Source of the DNA: Eledone cirrhosa
Taxonomy: Eukaryota
Assembly (NCBI GenBank): GCA_964016885.1
Contig: OZ024747.1
Coordinates: 90,148,001-90,212,000, forward strand
DNA: 64,000 nt
Direction of reading: 5' to 3'
Part shown: positions 23,278 through 37,341 of the stretch, piece after piece
Layout of the letters: each line of letters begins with the position of its first letter
Position numbering within the stretch: the first letter of the stretch is position 1
The notes under the pieces: model-generated
The model's input: the letters and a program-made list of their open reading frames with translations, nothing else
Told to the model about the DNA's origin: nothing
Databases searched by the model: none
Translations under genes and position numbers: made by a program

Positions 23278-24565
23278 CCACCAGGGCTCTGTTCTTAGCC
23301 CTCTCCTGTTCATCATAGTCCTGCAGGCAACAATGGAGGAGTTTAAGACCGGATGCCCATGGGAACTCCTGTATGCTGATGACCTCGCACTTATAGCTGA
23401 ATCTATGGTAGAACTAGAGAAGAAATTCCAAACTTGGAAGCAGGGACTAGAAAGAAAGGGTCTCAAAGTCAACATGACAAAGACTAAGGTCCTTGTAAGT
23501 AGACGAGAAAACAGAACCCAGATCCCCTCAGGGAAATGGCCTTGCTCAGTATGTAGGTAGGAACTCCATTCTCTGCCCCAAATGCAAACAATGGGTACAC
23601 AAGAGATGTTGCAGGATCTCAGGAAGCTTAATTAAGAATGTAGGCTTCACATGCAGCAGCTGTGCTGGGACAGCAAGCATCAAACAGCCACAGGAAACAA
23701 GTACCACCAATCTCTGGGAGGGCTCTGTAGAAAGAGTAGACAGCTTATGCTACCTAGGTGACCGAATTAGCAGCGGAGGTGGGTGTTCAGAAAGTACAAT
23801 AACTAGGGTAAGAACGGGATGGAAGAAGTTCAGGGAACTACTACCACTGCTAGCTGCAAAAGGCTTCTCCCTCAAAATGAAAGGCAGACTGTATGATGCG
23901 TGTAATCGAACAGCAATGTTACATGGTAGTGAGACCTGGGCGCTGAAGGTGGAAGACTTACGTAGATTAGAAAGAAATGAAGCCTGCATGCTCCGATGGA
24001 CGTGTAATAGTAATATACGCGAACGACAAAGCATAAATGAATTGAGAGAGAGACTGAGCATAAGAGGAATCAAATGCTGTGTGCAGGAGAGGTGGTTGCG
24101 TTGGTATGGACATGTGATGCGTATGAAGGATGACAGCTGCATAAAAAGGTGCAGAGCACTAGAAGTCGATGGAAACCGCGGAGTGGGGAGACCCACGAAG
24201 ACCTGGGATGAGGTGATAAAAGCCGACCTTACCCAATTACACCTCCCAAAGGCGATGACACATGACTGTGAACTCTGGCATCATGCAGTAATACAGAGTA
24301 CCCGACCTCCCATGGGTACAAGCTGAAGTATAGAGACAATATGCACCCACACCCTCCCACTGCAAGGTGGTCGTGGAGGTGCCACGCAAAAAAGCACCCA
24401 GCCCACACTGTAAAGTGGACGTGTAGGCGCCACGGAAAAAGCACCCACCACTCACTGTAAATGAGGTTGGTGTTAGGAAGGGCATCCAGCTGTAGAAATC
24501 AAGCCAGAATCAGTTCCCGCCCCACCCTTGCAAGCAGGGAAAAAGAAGACATAAAATTTTGATGA
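23276..24565 (+). mobile_element. RTE family B, 5'-truncated, frameshifted, short-type 3' end
   Basis: ORFs 23333..23560 and 23877..24326 match 37645..39717; small deletion at ~23557; (TA)n on both sides. Confidence 0.95.
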
Positions 24566-24572
24566 TATATAC

Positions 24573-24755
<183 letters not shown>

Positions 24756-24759
24756 ATGA

Positions 24760-27700
24760 ATATAAAATGAAAGTGCTTTTATAAAGGAATTTATTAGGTA
24801 TTGACATATGTTTCTGTAACAGACGGAATATCTATGTATCGCTGCTTGTGTAATCATATAATGTTAGCAAGTATTCGATAGCAAATGTATAATCAGTTGT
24901 CACTTCTTCAGAGATATTGGATACATTGGAAATAATCAGAAAAATTGAAATATTTATATTAGTTGTAAGAAAGGAAGAGGAGAGGGGATAGTATATGACA
25001 GATGGCAATTCAATTTACTGGTAAACAAGTATCTAAAAGGTTTCTAATGAGAATACAATGAGTATATGGTTTATTTTATCTAAATAAGAATTTTTGGGAG
25101 TGCCTATTTTAATCTATACTTGACCAATTGAACAATGGACAGGGCTGGTCGTTTGGTGTAGTAGTATTAATAGATATAAAGTGTCAATTAAGGAAGAGGG
25201 AGATTTTCACTGCTACTGAATAACAACAATGTTGGTAGCCTGCTGGTATATGCATTAGGGAATTGAATTAAGAAATCTCATTTTATCTATAGCAGTTTAT
25301 ATTAAATGGTAAAGAATAGAAGAGTTGATAGAATTAAGACTAATAGAGAATGTTAATATGTATTTTGACAATCAAACGGAGATGGAGACAGGCGTTCAAT
25401 CCTGGTAGTGTTTGTAATATGAAAATGTAGATTTCAAGCGATGGTTACAGTATAGCGATCGCTCTATTCTGTTATTTAATAAAATATTTTTTGATTTCAT
25501 AATACAAAATAATTCCATATTACACAATTTACAAAATTCCTGTCCGTGGGATATGCAGGGGCAGCGCTATTATATCCCATTTTAGGTTAAATTGTTGGTT
25601 ATTTTCGCGCAGCTGCCAAGCCTTGTCTGCGAGTGTTGTTACATAACGCTGGTTTTCATGTTTTATTGAGTAACGATGTCTGAGACGAGATTTGAAGGAT
25701 GTAGCTGTAGACCCCACATAGTACCACTTCTGGCTATCCGATTCGATAGTACATTTGTATATGATGTTGCTTTCAAGACACTGATTGTTCAACGGACACA
25801 TTCCTGGTTGGACACGGTTACAGTTATAATTTTGTGTTGTTGTATTGGCATGGATGGGTTGATGAGGTTGCTTAGGTAGGACGGGATGTTGTTTGTTGTT
25901 TTGTGATGTTATAGCCGATGTTTTACGTGTATTGTTATGTGTTGGAAGGCGTTTATACAACCGTTTTGCGTTAAGCTTTTTTATATGTTGTTCAATATTA
26001 GGGGCGGTTGAATATGAAAGTCGAATAGTGTTAGGGTTTAAGATTTTATTATATTTATGTGATGTTGGAAAGTGTTTTTTAACTAATCGAAAGAATTGTG
26101 AGGGTAGATTGGTTTTAATAGAGTTGTTATAGACCGGGTTGTACCATATATACTCTTTACATCGCCTTCTGTTTGGTAGTGTGCGACTATTAGTGTGTCT
26201 ATTGCGGTAGTGTATGTATGGTGGTGATTCTATGCTATTTCTACCTCTATGAGATTTATTTTGGGTGTTTTGGTGATCATCGACTATATACTCTATATTA
26301 TCTAGGTGTCCAGCCTTCCTAAGTGCATCATCATAATATTCGGCATGTTCTTTGAAGGTTTGCTGGTTGGACGACAGGCGGGAGATTCTAAGGGAAATAT
26401 TTCTAGGGATGGATTTAATTATAGAGGGTGGATGGTTAGAACCCGTATTTACATATTTAAGGTTCTCATTTAGTTTATGGGACGGTTTAATCGTTTCTGT
26501 ATTGAGATTCAAAGTAACATCAAGGAAATTAACCTCTTTGAGGTTATATTCAAATGTAATATTTAATCCTAGTTCCTTAAAAAGCTTTCTGATATTTTTA
26601 CGCATCCTTTCTAAATTCTGGTTATTCATATGCTTAACTAATAGGAGCGCATCATCACGGTAGATTCCACCGTGGAGATCCTTGAAATTTCCTTGTAGTT
26701 TGTGGGTGATATAAATTCCCACAAGATCAGTTACTTCCGCCGAATCATTGGAACCCATAGTAATATCAAAATTAGAAGGTCTATCTTTGCGAACCCAGTA
26801 GCTATCATCAAATTTAACAATAGTTTTCCTCGCTTCCATAATAATATTAATTTCAGCATCCGTAAGGTCGGAATTAGCCTTAGCGAACGAAAGAGCTTCA
26901 TGCAGAGTATCAGGTGAAATTGAGGAATAATATTCATCAATATCGAACTGAATAAATTTTGATTTTTTCTTATCAGTAATGCTATTAAACCATCTTATTG
27001 CCTCATGGGTGTTACCCCATAGTTTAATATCTACTTTAGTCTTAACTTGGGGGATAATTCTGTCTAGTATATATTTGCTAATTTTGCCTGTATCAGATTT
27101 AGAGGGGCATATAAGTCTAATTTTAGGGTCAGTATCGAAGTTTACCTTGTGGTCCTTCAGGTTGAAGGATGGTGTAGCTGGTGTTAAGGGTTGCGTTCTA
27201 TCGTCAATACAAAGTTTTTTAACAATTTCACATGCCGAGTTGTTGATGTTTTTAAGTGTAGCTTCATTAGTTTTCTTGTATTTTTTATGCAATTCCTTAC
27301 GGATGAAGTTATTGTAAGTGTCCACATCCATGGTATATACGTTTGATGTTTTGGCTGCACTAACAATAATTCCATTGGCGTTTTTTAGATTATTGAGCAG
27401 TGCTGTGATGTCATTCTGTAGTTTATTGTTTTTCTGTTTTGTAAATTTGATCTCCATGATCATATCCATTAGGTCTTGTTCAAATGCATCCAAAAGTGGG
27501 TTTGAGGGTGGGTTTTTGTAAGATTTAAATCCAAATTTATCCTTGTTAAGATCCGATATTTGGTTTATACGGCTTTTGTCAAAGTGGAATGTTTTCCATC
27601 TGATTCGTCGAATAAAATCATTGGTCCTTCGTATCATACCTAGAATATATTCCTTTTTTGCCTGAATAGGTTTGTTTTTTAACGACATATCCAATTTGTA

Positions 27701-27770
27701 CCTTTCCATTTTAGAGGCGTATGCTGAATTAGTTGCTCAACTGTATAGGAGATTATTAAAATTTCAGGTT
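24760..27770 (-). mobile_element. Penelope-like element PLE-4, near full length
   Basis: RT + GIY-YIG ORF with ~630 bp 3' region, flanked by (TA)n and (GA)n tracts. Confidence 0.9.
25396..27709 (-). pseudogene. PLE-4 reverse transcriptase + C-terminal GIY-YIG endonuclease, frameshift near 25560
   Basis: LKDHK...IRLICP, FIQFDIDEYY, ITMGS, GIYRDD, FLDV, SNHPP, IWYNP, CNR..CPLNNQC, YVGSTATSFKSR. The shifted frame continues FCKLCNMELF...YCNHR...stop at 25396. Confidence 0.9.
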
Positions 27771-27784
27771 ATACATATATATAC

Positions 27785-27912
<128 letters not shown>

Positions 27913-28150
27913 TTATATATATATGTGGGGCAGGACTCTGAGTGTATGTGTGCATGAGTGCAAATACAGTCATGCAGTTACAAAAATATTTATACATACA
28001 CACACATAAACACATATACATATATGTACCTCTTTATACCCATTTAAGGCTGTGTATCGAGATGTTTTATAAATACAAATGTTGTGTATGCGTATATGTG
28101 TGTGTTTGCATGTGTTTGAACACATAAACTCAGACAAACACACACTCTCG

Positions 28151-28182
<32 letters not shown>

Positions 28183-28264
28183 CACACACGCACATGTACA
28201 CGCACACACACATGACTGTATATCGACATGTTTTATAAACACTCACACACATATACACACACAC

Positions 28265-29534
<1,270 letters not shown>

Positions 29535-29974
29535 GCACACACACACACACACACGCCCACACACGCACACACACATATACAAACATACAGGAAAACATCA
29601 ACAATAGTGCACCATAAAACATAGATGATGTATGAAATCTCATCTATTGAGAGAAGAAAGTCAAATGTAAAAGAGCTCAGTTTTGTTTGATCAGATGTGA
29701 AGCTTTTCTGTAATGTCATCACGGTTGGGGTGACAATTAAAGATAGCATTTTGGATTAGAAGACTTTCCTCAATCTTTAAGAACACTTATATAATAATTC
29801 ACCTATTCTCTCTTACATACAGATAAAAACTTCAGATCAAAATTTTTATTCCCTCAATATTATATTATATTTTATTTTTTGTCGTATTTATGTACCTACA
29901 ACAAAAAATAATAAACTGTTTCTTTCTCTCACCCCCACACACAATATATACATATCTACATACATGCATAGACC

Positions 29975-30419
29975 ATACATACATACATACATACATACAT
30001 ACATACATACATACATACATACATACACAAATACATACATGAATGCATGCATCATACATATTTACATATATACATACATGCATACATACATACATACATA
30101 CATACATACATACATACATACATACATACATACATACATACATACATGTATACATAGACACATACATACACAAATACATACATGAATGCATGCATCATAC
30201 ATACTTACATATATACATACATACATACATACATACATACACAAATACATACATGAATGCATGCATCATACATATTTACATATATACATACATGCATACA
30301 TACATACATACATACATACATACATACATACATACATACATGTATACATATATACACACATACATACACAAATACATACATGAATGCATGCATCATACAT
30401 ACTTACATATATACATACA

Positions 30420-30453
<34 letters not shown>

Positions 30454-30475
30454 CATACACAAATACATATATGTA
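29975..30475. repeat. (CATA)n-based higher-order tandem repeat
   Basis: acaaatacatacatgaatgcatgcatcatacata recurs 4 times between CATA runs. Confidence 0.85.
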
Positions 30476-30684
30476 TGCAAGCACCATACATACATTCATA
30501 CATACACATATATATACATGCATACATGCATGCATATATACATACACACATACATAAACACACATTCAAATGCACACACATACATGTATATGTCTCTTTC
30601 TTCCCTCTCTCTTTGTTCATCTCTCTATATATATATGTGTGTGAGTGTGTGTGTGTGTGTGCATATGTTACATGTATGTGTGTG

Positions 30685-30736
<52 letters not shown>

Positions 30737-30737
30737 C

Positions 30738-30810
<73 letters not shown>

Positions 30811-30826
30811 CATATACATATGTACA

Positions 30827-30858
<32 letters not shown>

Positions 30859-30992
30859 CATATATATATATGCATATATATAATACATACATATATACAT
30901 ACATGCATACATATATATATATATATATATGCATACATATATATATATATACATATATATATACATACATATATACATACATGCATACATAC

Positions 30993-31056
<64 letters not shown>

Positions 31057-31649
31057 GCACACACACACACACACACATATATATATTATAGTGAGATAGA
31101 GGGAGGAAAACCATAATGTGTATCAATAGTATTATGTATGTTTATATAAATAAGCATGTTTTATTAACGTAATCACATTAATAAGACAATACATACGAGA
31201 ATGTGTACTGTTAAATGTTTAACGTTTCATTGCACAGAGAATGTTTATTGAAGAGTAGAAGAGAAATACATATATATATCCTTAAAATCCAATGCCCGAC
31301 TTTGCTATCGATCATTTCCAAACATGTTGTATAGAAAATATCTAAATACAGATTCATATTTGATGAATTTCCTTGATAAAGCAAATGAAATATTATCCTT
31401 CAGTTAGCAACTAGTGCTAAAAACATTGAATCTCCTGCAGCCAATATTCTGTTTTCAGAGAAATAAGAGTAAGTGCAGTTAACTTATATGCTTGCTTTTC
31501 CTCATTAGAAAAAAAAAATTGTAGTATTATATGGTTAAACATGCTTAAACACACACAAACTTAACCCATTCATGTATGTATGTATTTATACACATATCTT
31601 ATGTGTGTGTGTATATACATATATATATATATAGATATAGATATCTCCA

Positions 31650-31928
31650 CAACCCTCCCAATGTAAAGTGGTTGTGTTGGTGTCACAACAAAAAGCACCC
31701 AGTCCACACTGTAAAGTGGCCGTGTAGGCACCACGGTAAAAAAGCACCCAGTACTCACTGTAAATGAGGTTGGTGTTAGGAAGGACATCCAGCTGTAGAA
31801 ATCAACCCCCAAATCAATTCTGTATGAGCAAGACATGGTCTCCTGACCTGGCCATTGCTCACAACAGGACAACCCGTCTAACCCATGCTAGTGTGGAAGA
31901 ATGGACATAAAATGGTGATGATGATGAT
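31650..31928 (+). mobile_element. RTE family B-type 3' UTR fragment (long-type end)
   Basis: Matches the reverse complement of 37342-37620; (GAT)n tail. Confidence 0.85.
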
Positions 31929-31995
31929 ACATATATTGTTATACTTTGGGAGGATCATGCTGCCAACCAATAAAAACACTTGCACCTGTTGGTTT

Positions 31996-32198
31996 TCACT
32001 TCAATTCATTATAAATTTCCGGTTGGCTGGTTGGTTCAATAACCAGATGGTGGTTTATCTATTGTCAAAGCTCTTTCATAACACATTCTGTGACCTCCCT
32101 CAGTGACTGGGTTTTTGACAATATATAAACAACCATCCGGTTATGAAACCAACCAACCAACCAACCAACCAACCAGAAATTTATAATAAATTGAAGTG
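31996..32198. mobile_element. Fold-back/MITE-like element
   Basis: Imperfect ~60-bp inverted arms cacttcaattcattataaatttccggttgg... / ...ccaaccagaaatttataataaattgaagtg. The left flank (31930-31995) recurs at 61222-61287. Confidence 0.65.
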
Positions 32199-32463
32199 GT
32201 TTAAAAGTTGTAGAACAGGTCATAGATTATAGGATATATTTTTCTTTCCTTCTCTTAAGTGCAACATTTCTGAAATTGAAAAGTAGTGACCATAGATATT
32301 ACAGAGAAGCGTTGATTAATGGTCAAACAAGCCTAAGCTGAAGTGAAATCCTTAATAGATCTTTTCCTTCCAAGGTTAGTGACAAAATTGGTAGCAACAG
32401 CACCAATCAACAAAGATCATACACAAACATCTCAACACACTCAAGACAGAGATAGATAGCATT

Positions 32464-32531
<68 letters not shown>

Positions 32532-32989
32532 TGTATATTTGTCTCTTCTATTTTTATTTTCTCATTAGCAATTTTAATAAATTACGGAATTTGGTAAAGT
32601 TGTATAAAGAGTAACAGAGATTTTCAATTTTATTGCTTCCATTAAATGAAATTTTCTCTTGTAATATTATTTTATCAGGGGTAAGTATTTTGTCAAAATG
32701 TCTGAATATGGATTATAATGAGTTCATTGTGGAAGCACATGATAATTTTAGTCAAAGATGATCGATTATTATAGTTTAATGAGTTGTGATTCATCATCTG
32801 TTCTTTTTAAATTAGTGTTTTGCTTAATTTTTATTTAATTTAATTTACATTTAACCTAACACACATATCATACTGGCTGAGAAAAGAAACAATAAGGATA
32901 GATGTTTAGAAGAAAGTCGATGCATGAAAATATGTCTGCATAAATCTAGTTATGAAGAGAAATGTCATGTGCCAGAAAAAATGTCTTAA

Positions 32990-33198
32990 CCCTTTAGCAT
33001 TTAAACTGGCCTTATCTGGCCAGAATTCTCTCACCCCTTTCAGTTCAAACTGGCTGTAACCGGCTGCTTATATTAATGTTAACGTATTGTTCTCCAAATA
33101 AATAACATAAAATATCTCATAGATTCAATATTATGTGAGGTAAAGCCTTTACCATGAAAATATAATAGTAGATATAGAGTAATGTAAATGCTAAAGGG
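32990..33198 (+). mobile_element. piggyBac-like MITE
   Basis: TIR ccctttagcattta / taaatgctaaaggg flanked by TTAA on both sides. Confidence 0.85.
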
Positions 33199-33391
33199 TT
33201 AACGATTCTAAATTGAGATATTTTAGTTGAAATTTGAAAATTTAAAATAAGACAATCTATAAAATGTGCAGTTCTGACTTATCTATCAGTATTACCATAT
33301 GTTGACAGTGAAGAAATTTAAATAATATTAAAGGAAGTCCCAGCTATCTAAAGTAATTGATTTCTTATGGTCTTCTATTTCTTCTTAAAAT

Positions 33392-33700
33392 ATGTCTCAT
33401 GTGGCTTTGACTGAACTGAAAATGTATGTATTTCTATCAAAACACAATCACTTCATTTCAATATTAGATTATCTTCCATGTTTTCTATCTAATCCATGCC
33501 CTGATTTTAGAATTGCCAAGGGTATTAAATGTACAAGGATGAAAGGAAGTGCTATTTTTCATAATGACATTGGTAAGGAATACTTGGAAATTCTTGTAGC
33601 ACAACTAAAGAATATTAAATTCCCATTAATTATTGATGATTGTATAGATATATCTACAATAAAACCTACTTTTTCTCATAGCTAGAAATTGTAATTGCCA
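33392..33700 (+). pseudogene. Degenerate hAT-type transposase fragment
   Basis: IKCTRMKG...LKNIKFPLIIDDCIDIST resembles the hAT FSLIxDESTDIS motif. Confidence 0.6.
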
Positions 33701-33889
33701 CATTCACAAGACCACTTGACAAATGCTTGACTTTTTGGGAAATAAATTGCTGTATAGATAAAAGCATTTACAATTACTATAGGAATTTTTCTGAATAACA
33801 TACTATTCAGTGCTGGATTTAGAACAAATGAGGCTTCAAACATTTGAAAAATTCATCATAAACATTTTTTTGGCAGGAGGATGGGCCTT

Positions 33890-34160
33890 CCTCCCTGCAT
33901 TGGTTTGGACATGTGACGTACATGGATAATAATCATTTGGTGAAGATGTGCCAGGAAATGCCAATGAAAGGAAATCACAGTAGAGGTAGACCAAGAAAGA
34001 CCTGGGCAGAGGTTGTGAGAGCTGACCTTAAATCACGGAGACTCACAGAGGTGATGACAAAGGGTTGCAACATGTAGAGATATGCTGAGAAGGACCCATC
34101 CAACCCACCAACCCATACAAGTGTGGGAAAGAAGACATAAAAACGATGATGATGATAATG
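33890..34160 (+). mobile_element. Degenerate RTE 3' fragment
   Basis: LHWFGHV...RGRPRKTW...ADLK; ends in (GAT)n. Confidence 0.8.
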
Positions 34161-34231
34161 ACTCTAACAGGTAAAGATATTTAGAAGGTTAATGTCAAAG
34201 ATACTTCAATTTACCTCCTATTAAGTGAAAT

Positions 34232-34415
34232 ATTGTTTCTACTTTTGGCACAAGGCCAGCAATTATCCCAGTACATTACTGGTACTTTATTTTATCGACT
34301 CCGTAAGGATGAAAGGCAAAGTTAGGCCGGCAGGATTTCAAGTCAGACCGTAAAGGAGCGTAACTCTATGCTGCAAGGCATGGCGTCTGACCTTCTACCG
34401 ATGCTGTCAATCCAG
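34232..34415 (-). mobile_element. SINE family 2
   Basis: Reverse complement of 6229-6418. Confidence 0.85.
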
Positions 34416-34734
34416 TGAAATATAACATGAAGTAAGAACTGAATGTATCTTAAAGAATCCAAACCAAAGAATTCAAAAAATGTTCACTTAAGATGTTGAA
34501 TCTTTATGTAAAACTATGCAAGGAAATGATCATTAAATATGATCACCTATGTACAGCTATTTGAAGCTTTAAAACCAGAAATTGCATTTTCAAGACTGCC
34601 ACAATTAATTGTTCCATTGAAAACGAAATTCCTTCTTATTACTGAGCTAAAAATGCCTAAAGATATAAATAGAGAATGACGCTAGGTAACATAGCAAGAG
34701 AATGAAATCACACATACACACACACATGCGCGTA

Positions 34735-35775
34735 CGAAAGTGATGGAAAGAGTTATAATGCAATTAATTAGAGAAAGAATCAAATTAGACGAGATCCGGT
34801 TTGGTCTCATGCCTGGGAGAACTCTATAAAGATGATCTGGTACTTATAGCTGAATCCCTAAAAGAACTAGAACATAAGTTCTGTCTATGGAAACAGAATT
34901 TCGAATTAAAAGGTCTGAGAATAAACTTAGCCAAAACTAAAGCGCTATTGAGAAGTAAGAAGATAGGACCCTAATTTCTTCAGGGAAATGGCCTTTATCA
35001 TTATGTAGAAAGAGAGTAGGCATAAACTCCATATGACGTACACAATGTAAATCTTGGGTACACAAGAGTTGTAGTGGGATAGACTAACAGGAAGGGAAGA
35101 CTTTGAATGGGAAGATGCACAGGAGTAACTGAGGAGAGGAGCGCCGGTGATGTAAACCTATTCTAGTTACAGGAAGGCCCATGGAAGTGGTTGATAGCTT
35201 TTACTATCTAGGCGACTTAATTAGCAGTGCAGGAGGGTGCTCTGAGAGCATGATAGCTAGAATAAGGATAGGATGGAAAAAAGTTTAGAGAGCTACTCCC
35301 ACTGTTGACCACAAAAGGTTTCTCACTATGTAAAAAAAACAAAAAAAAACAAACAACTACATTACATCTGCACAGGGCAATGCTGCATGTCAATGAAACA
35401 TGGGCTGTGACTACAGAGGACATGTGTAGACTGGAGAGAAATGAAGAACCCTTCTTCTTTGGATGTGCAATGTAAATGTGAGAGGAAGGCAGAGCTTGGA
35501 TGAACTAAGTGAGAAGCTAGGTTTAAGAGGAATCCAAGGTAGTATGCAGCAAAGAATACTGCATTGACATGGACATATGATGCACATGGAAAATGGTTGC
35601 TGCGTGAAGAAATGCCAAGAAATCCCAGTAGAGTTAGACCAAGAAAAACTTGGGAAGAGATTGTGAGAACAGAACTCAAATCACTGAGACTCACAGAGGA
35701 GATGACAAAGGCATGTGATGAGTGGAAAAATGCTGTGTTGAGCAGAACCTGTCCCAAAATGATGATGATGATGAT
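34735..35775 (+). mobile_element. Old, heavily degenerate RTE copy (PHD-containing type)
   Basis: Fragments of [55 protein letters not shown] with stops and deletions. Confidence 0.85.
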
Positions 35776-36169
35776 ATATACATAAAGGAATCCAAATTAT
35801 TGTTGATTAACAAACAATTGGTTGGTAAAGGCAAAGTTATATTTTAAACAAAGCGAAAGCTGAAAATATAAACAATATATATATTGAGAAAGAATAAAAA
35901 AGAATATGAATTATCAAATCTAAGTGGAATTCAAAACTTTGTCTCATCTCAAAGTCTCTGGTGTAATAATTATGTTTCCTAAATGGAAACTACTTTAGAT
36001 ACTAGCATCTGTGTCAGGTTCTGAGATTCTTTTGGATCTTGACAATGTATTTTCATCTAATTCTCGTTCAATTAGAACACAAAAACTTTTCCTTATTTCA
36101 TGTGGAGAATGGTCACAATCTTTGGAGCCAATGACATTCTCCTAAAGGAATGTATTGGTATTTTTTTTT

Positions 36170-36595
36170 TAGGGGGGGATTTAGAATTTATAAATTCAAC
36201 AATTGGATTGTCAAGGTTTGCTCCCTTCTGTAATATCTTTGGGGTAACATTACTCAAGAGAGTGTGAAGCTCGGTGATCAGAGAGTCACTTCAGATAGAG
36301 CTGCTATTTTTTTCAAATTGAGAGTTCACAGCTCAAATACTTTGGATATGTGGTTAGAATATCTCAGGAAAGAATCGCTGGACAGATTTTATAGGGAAAA
36401 GCAACTGGCAAGAGACCCAGGGTCAGACTCCAAGCAAGATGATTGGATAACATCCATGAGCTCAGCTGGTCTTGCTTGGGAATTCAGCTGGATCAATTGG
36501 AGATGGTGGCTTCTGACAGGACCAGCTGGAAGGGGTGTTTGAGGACTCTGCCCTCTCAACCCTCTCAGGAATAGGTGGGCAAAGAAGAAGAAATA
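36170..36595 (+). mobile_element. Degenerate 3' end of another RTE lineage (Rex3/Expander-like)
   Basis: IESSQLKYFGYVVRISQERIAGQIL*GKATGKRPR...LDNI...ASDRTSWK. Confidence 0.7.
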
Positions 36596-36804
36596 TGACT
36601 CAAAATAAAAAATGAAGTTTTAGTTTTTCACAAACTTGGACTCTTAACCAAACGATGAATGCAAGAATGAAAGTCCCATTTGGGTTGAGCATTGTGAGAC
36701 AGATTTTAATAGTAAACAAATGTCTAAAACTATTTCTAAAATCCTTAGCAAATACATGATACCTACTACCAAGTCATACTCGATTGCTAGTGGTTGCTCT
36801 AGTT

Positions 36805-37340
36805 ATCCTATATATATAGATTTGAGCAACTTCCATCCGTCTGTACTTCCGTCACACACTAGAGATGACTGAAGAAGGAAGGGGTAATGATGTCATATAC
36901 TAGAGATGACTGAGGAAGGAAGGGGTAATGATGTCATACACTAGAGATGACTGAGGAAGGAAGGGGTGATGACGTCACACACTAGAGATGATTGAGGAAG
37001 GAAGGGGTGATGACGTCACACACTAGAGGTGACTGAGGAAGGAAGGGGTGATAACGTCTTGCACTAGAGATGACTGAGGAAGGAAGGGGTGATGACGTTT
37101 TGCACTAGAGATGACTGAGAAAGGAAGGGGTGATGATGTCTTGCACTAGAGATGACTGAGGAAGGAAGGGGTGATGACGTTTTGCACTAGAGATGATTGA
37201 GAAAGGAAAGGGTGATGACGTTTTGCACTAGAGATGACTGAGAAAGGAAGGGGTGATGATGTCACACACTAGAGATGACTGAGGAAGGAAAAGGTTATTA
37301 CAAACTTTAGAAAACAACATATAACATTCACTACATTTGT
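36805..37340 (+). repeat. 41-bp tandem array (~10.6 copies, 36857-37291), possibly inside a Helitron-like 5' end
   Basis: Unit cactagagatgactgaggaaggaaggggtgatgacgtcaca; preceded by a|tcctatatatataga...ccatccgtctgt. Confidence 0.85.
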
Positions 37341-37341
37341 G

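Noticed and set aside
24372-24398. Pistol ribozyme similarity of CGUGG...CCACG + A-rich linker
   Set aside because: Downstream P2/P3 stems and conserved cleavage-site residues could not be identified; kept only as a pseudoknot candidate.
24795-24918. Hammerhead in the PLE-4 3' region (minus CUGAAGA ... GAAACAUAUGUC)
   Set aside because: Core halves are ~90 nt apart and stem I does not pair; at best a decayed motif.
36264-36542. 92-aa ORF as a host exon
   Set aside because: An alternative frame shows a decayed RTE C-terminus.
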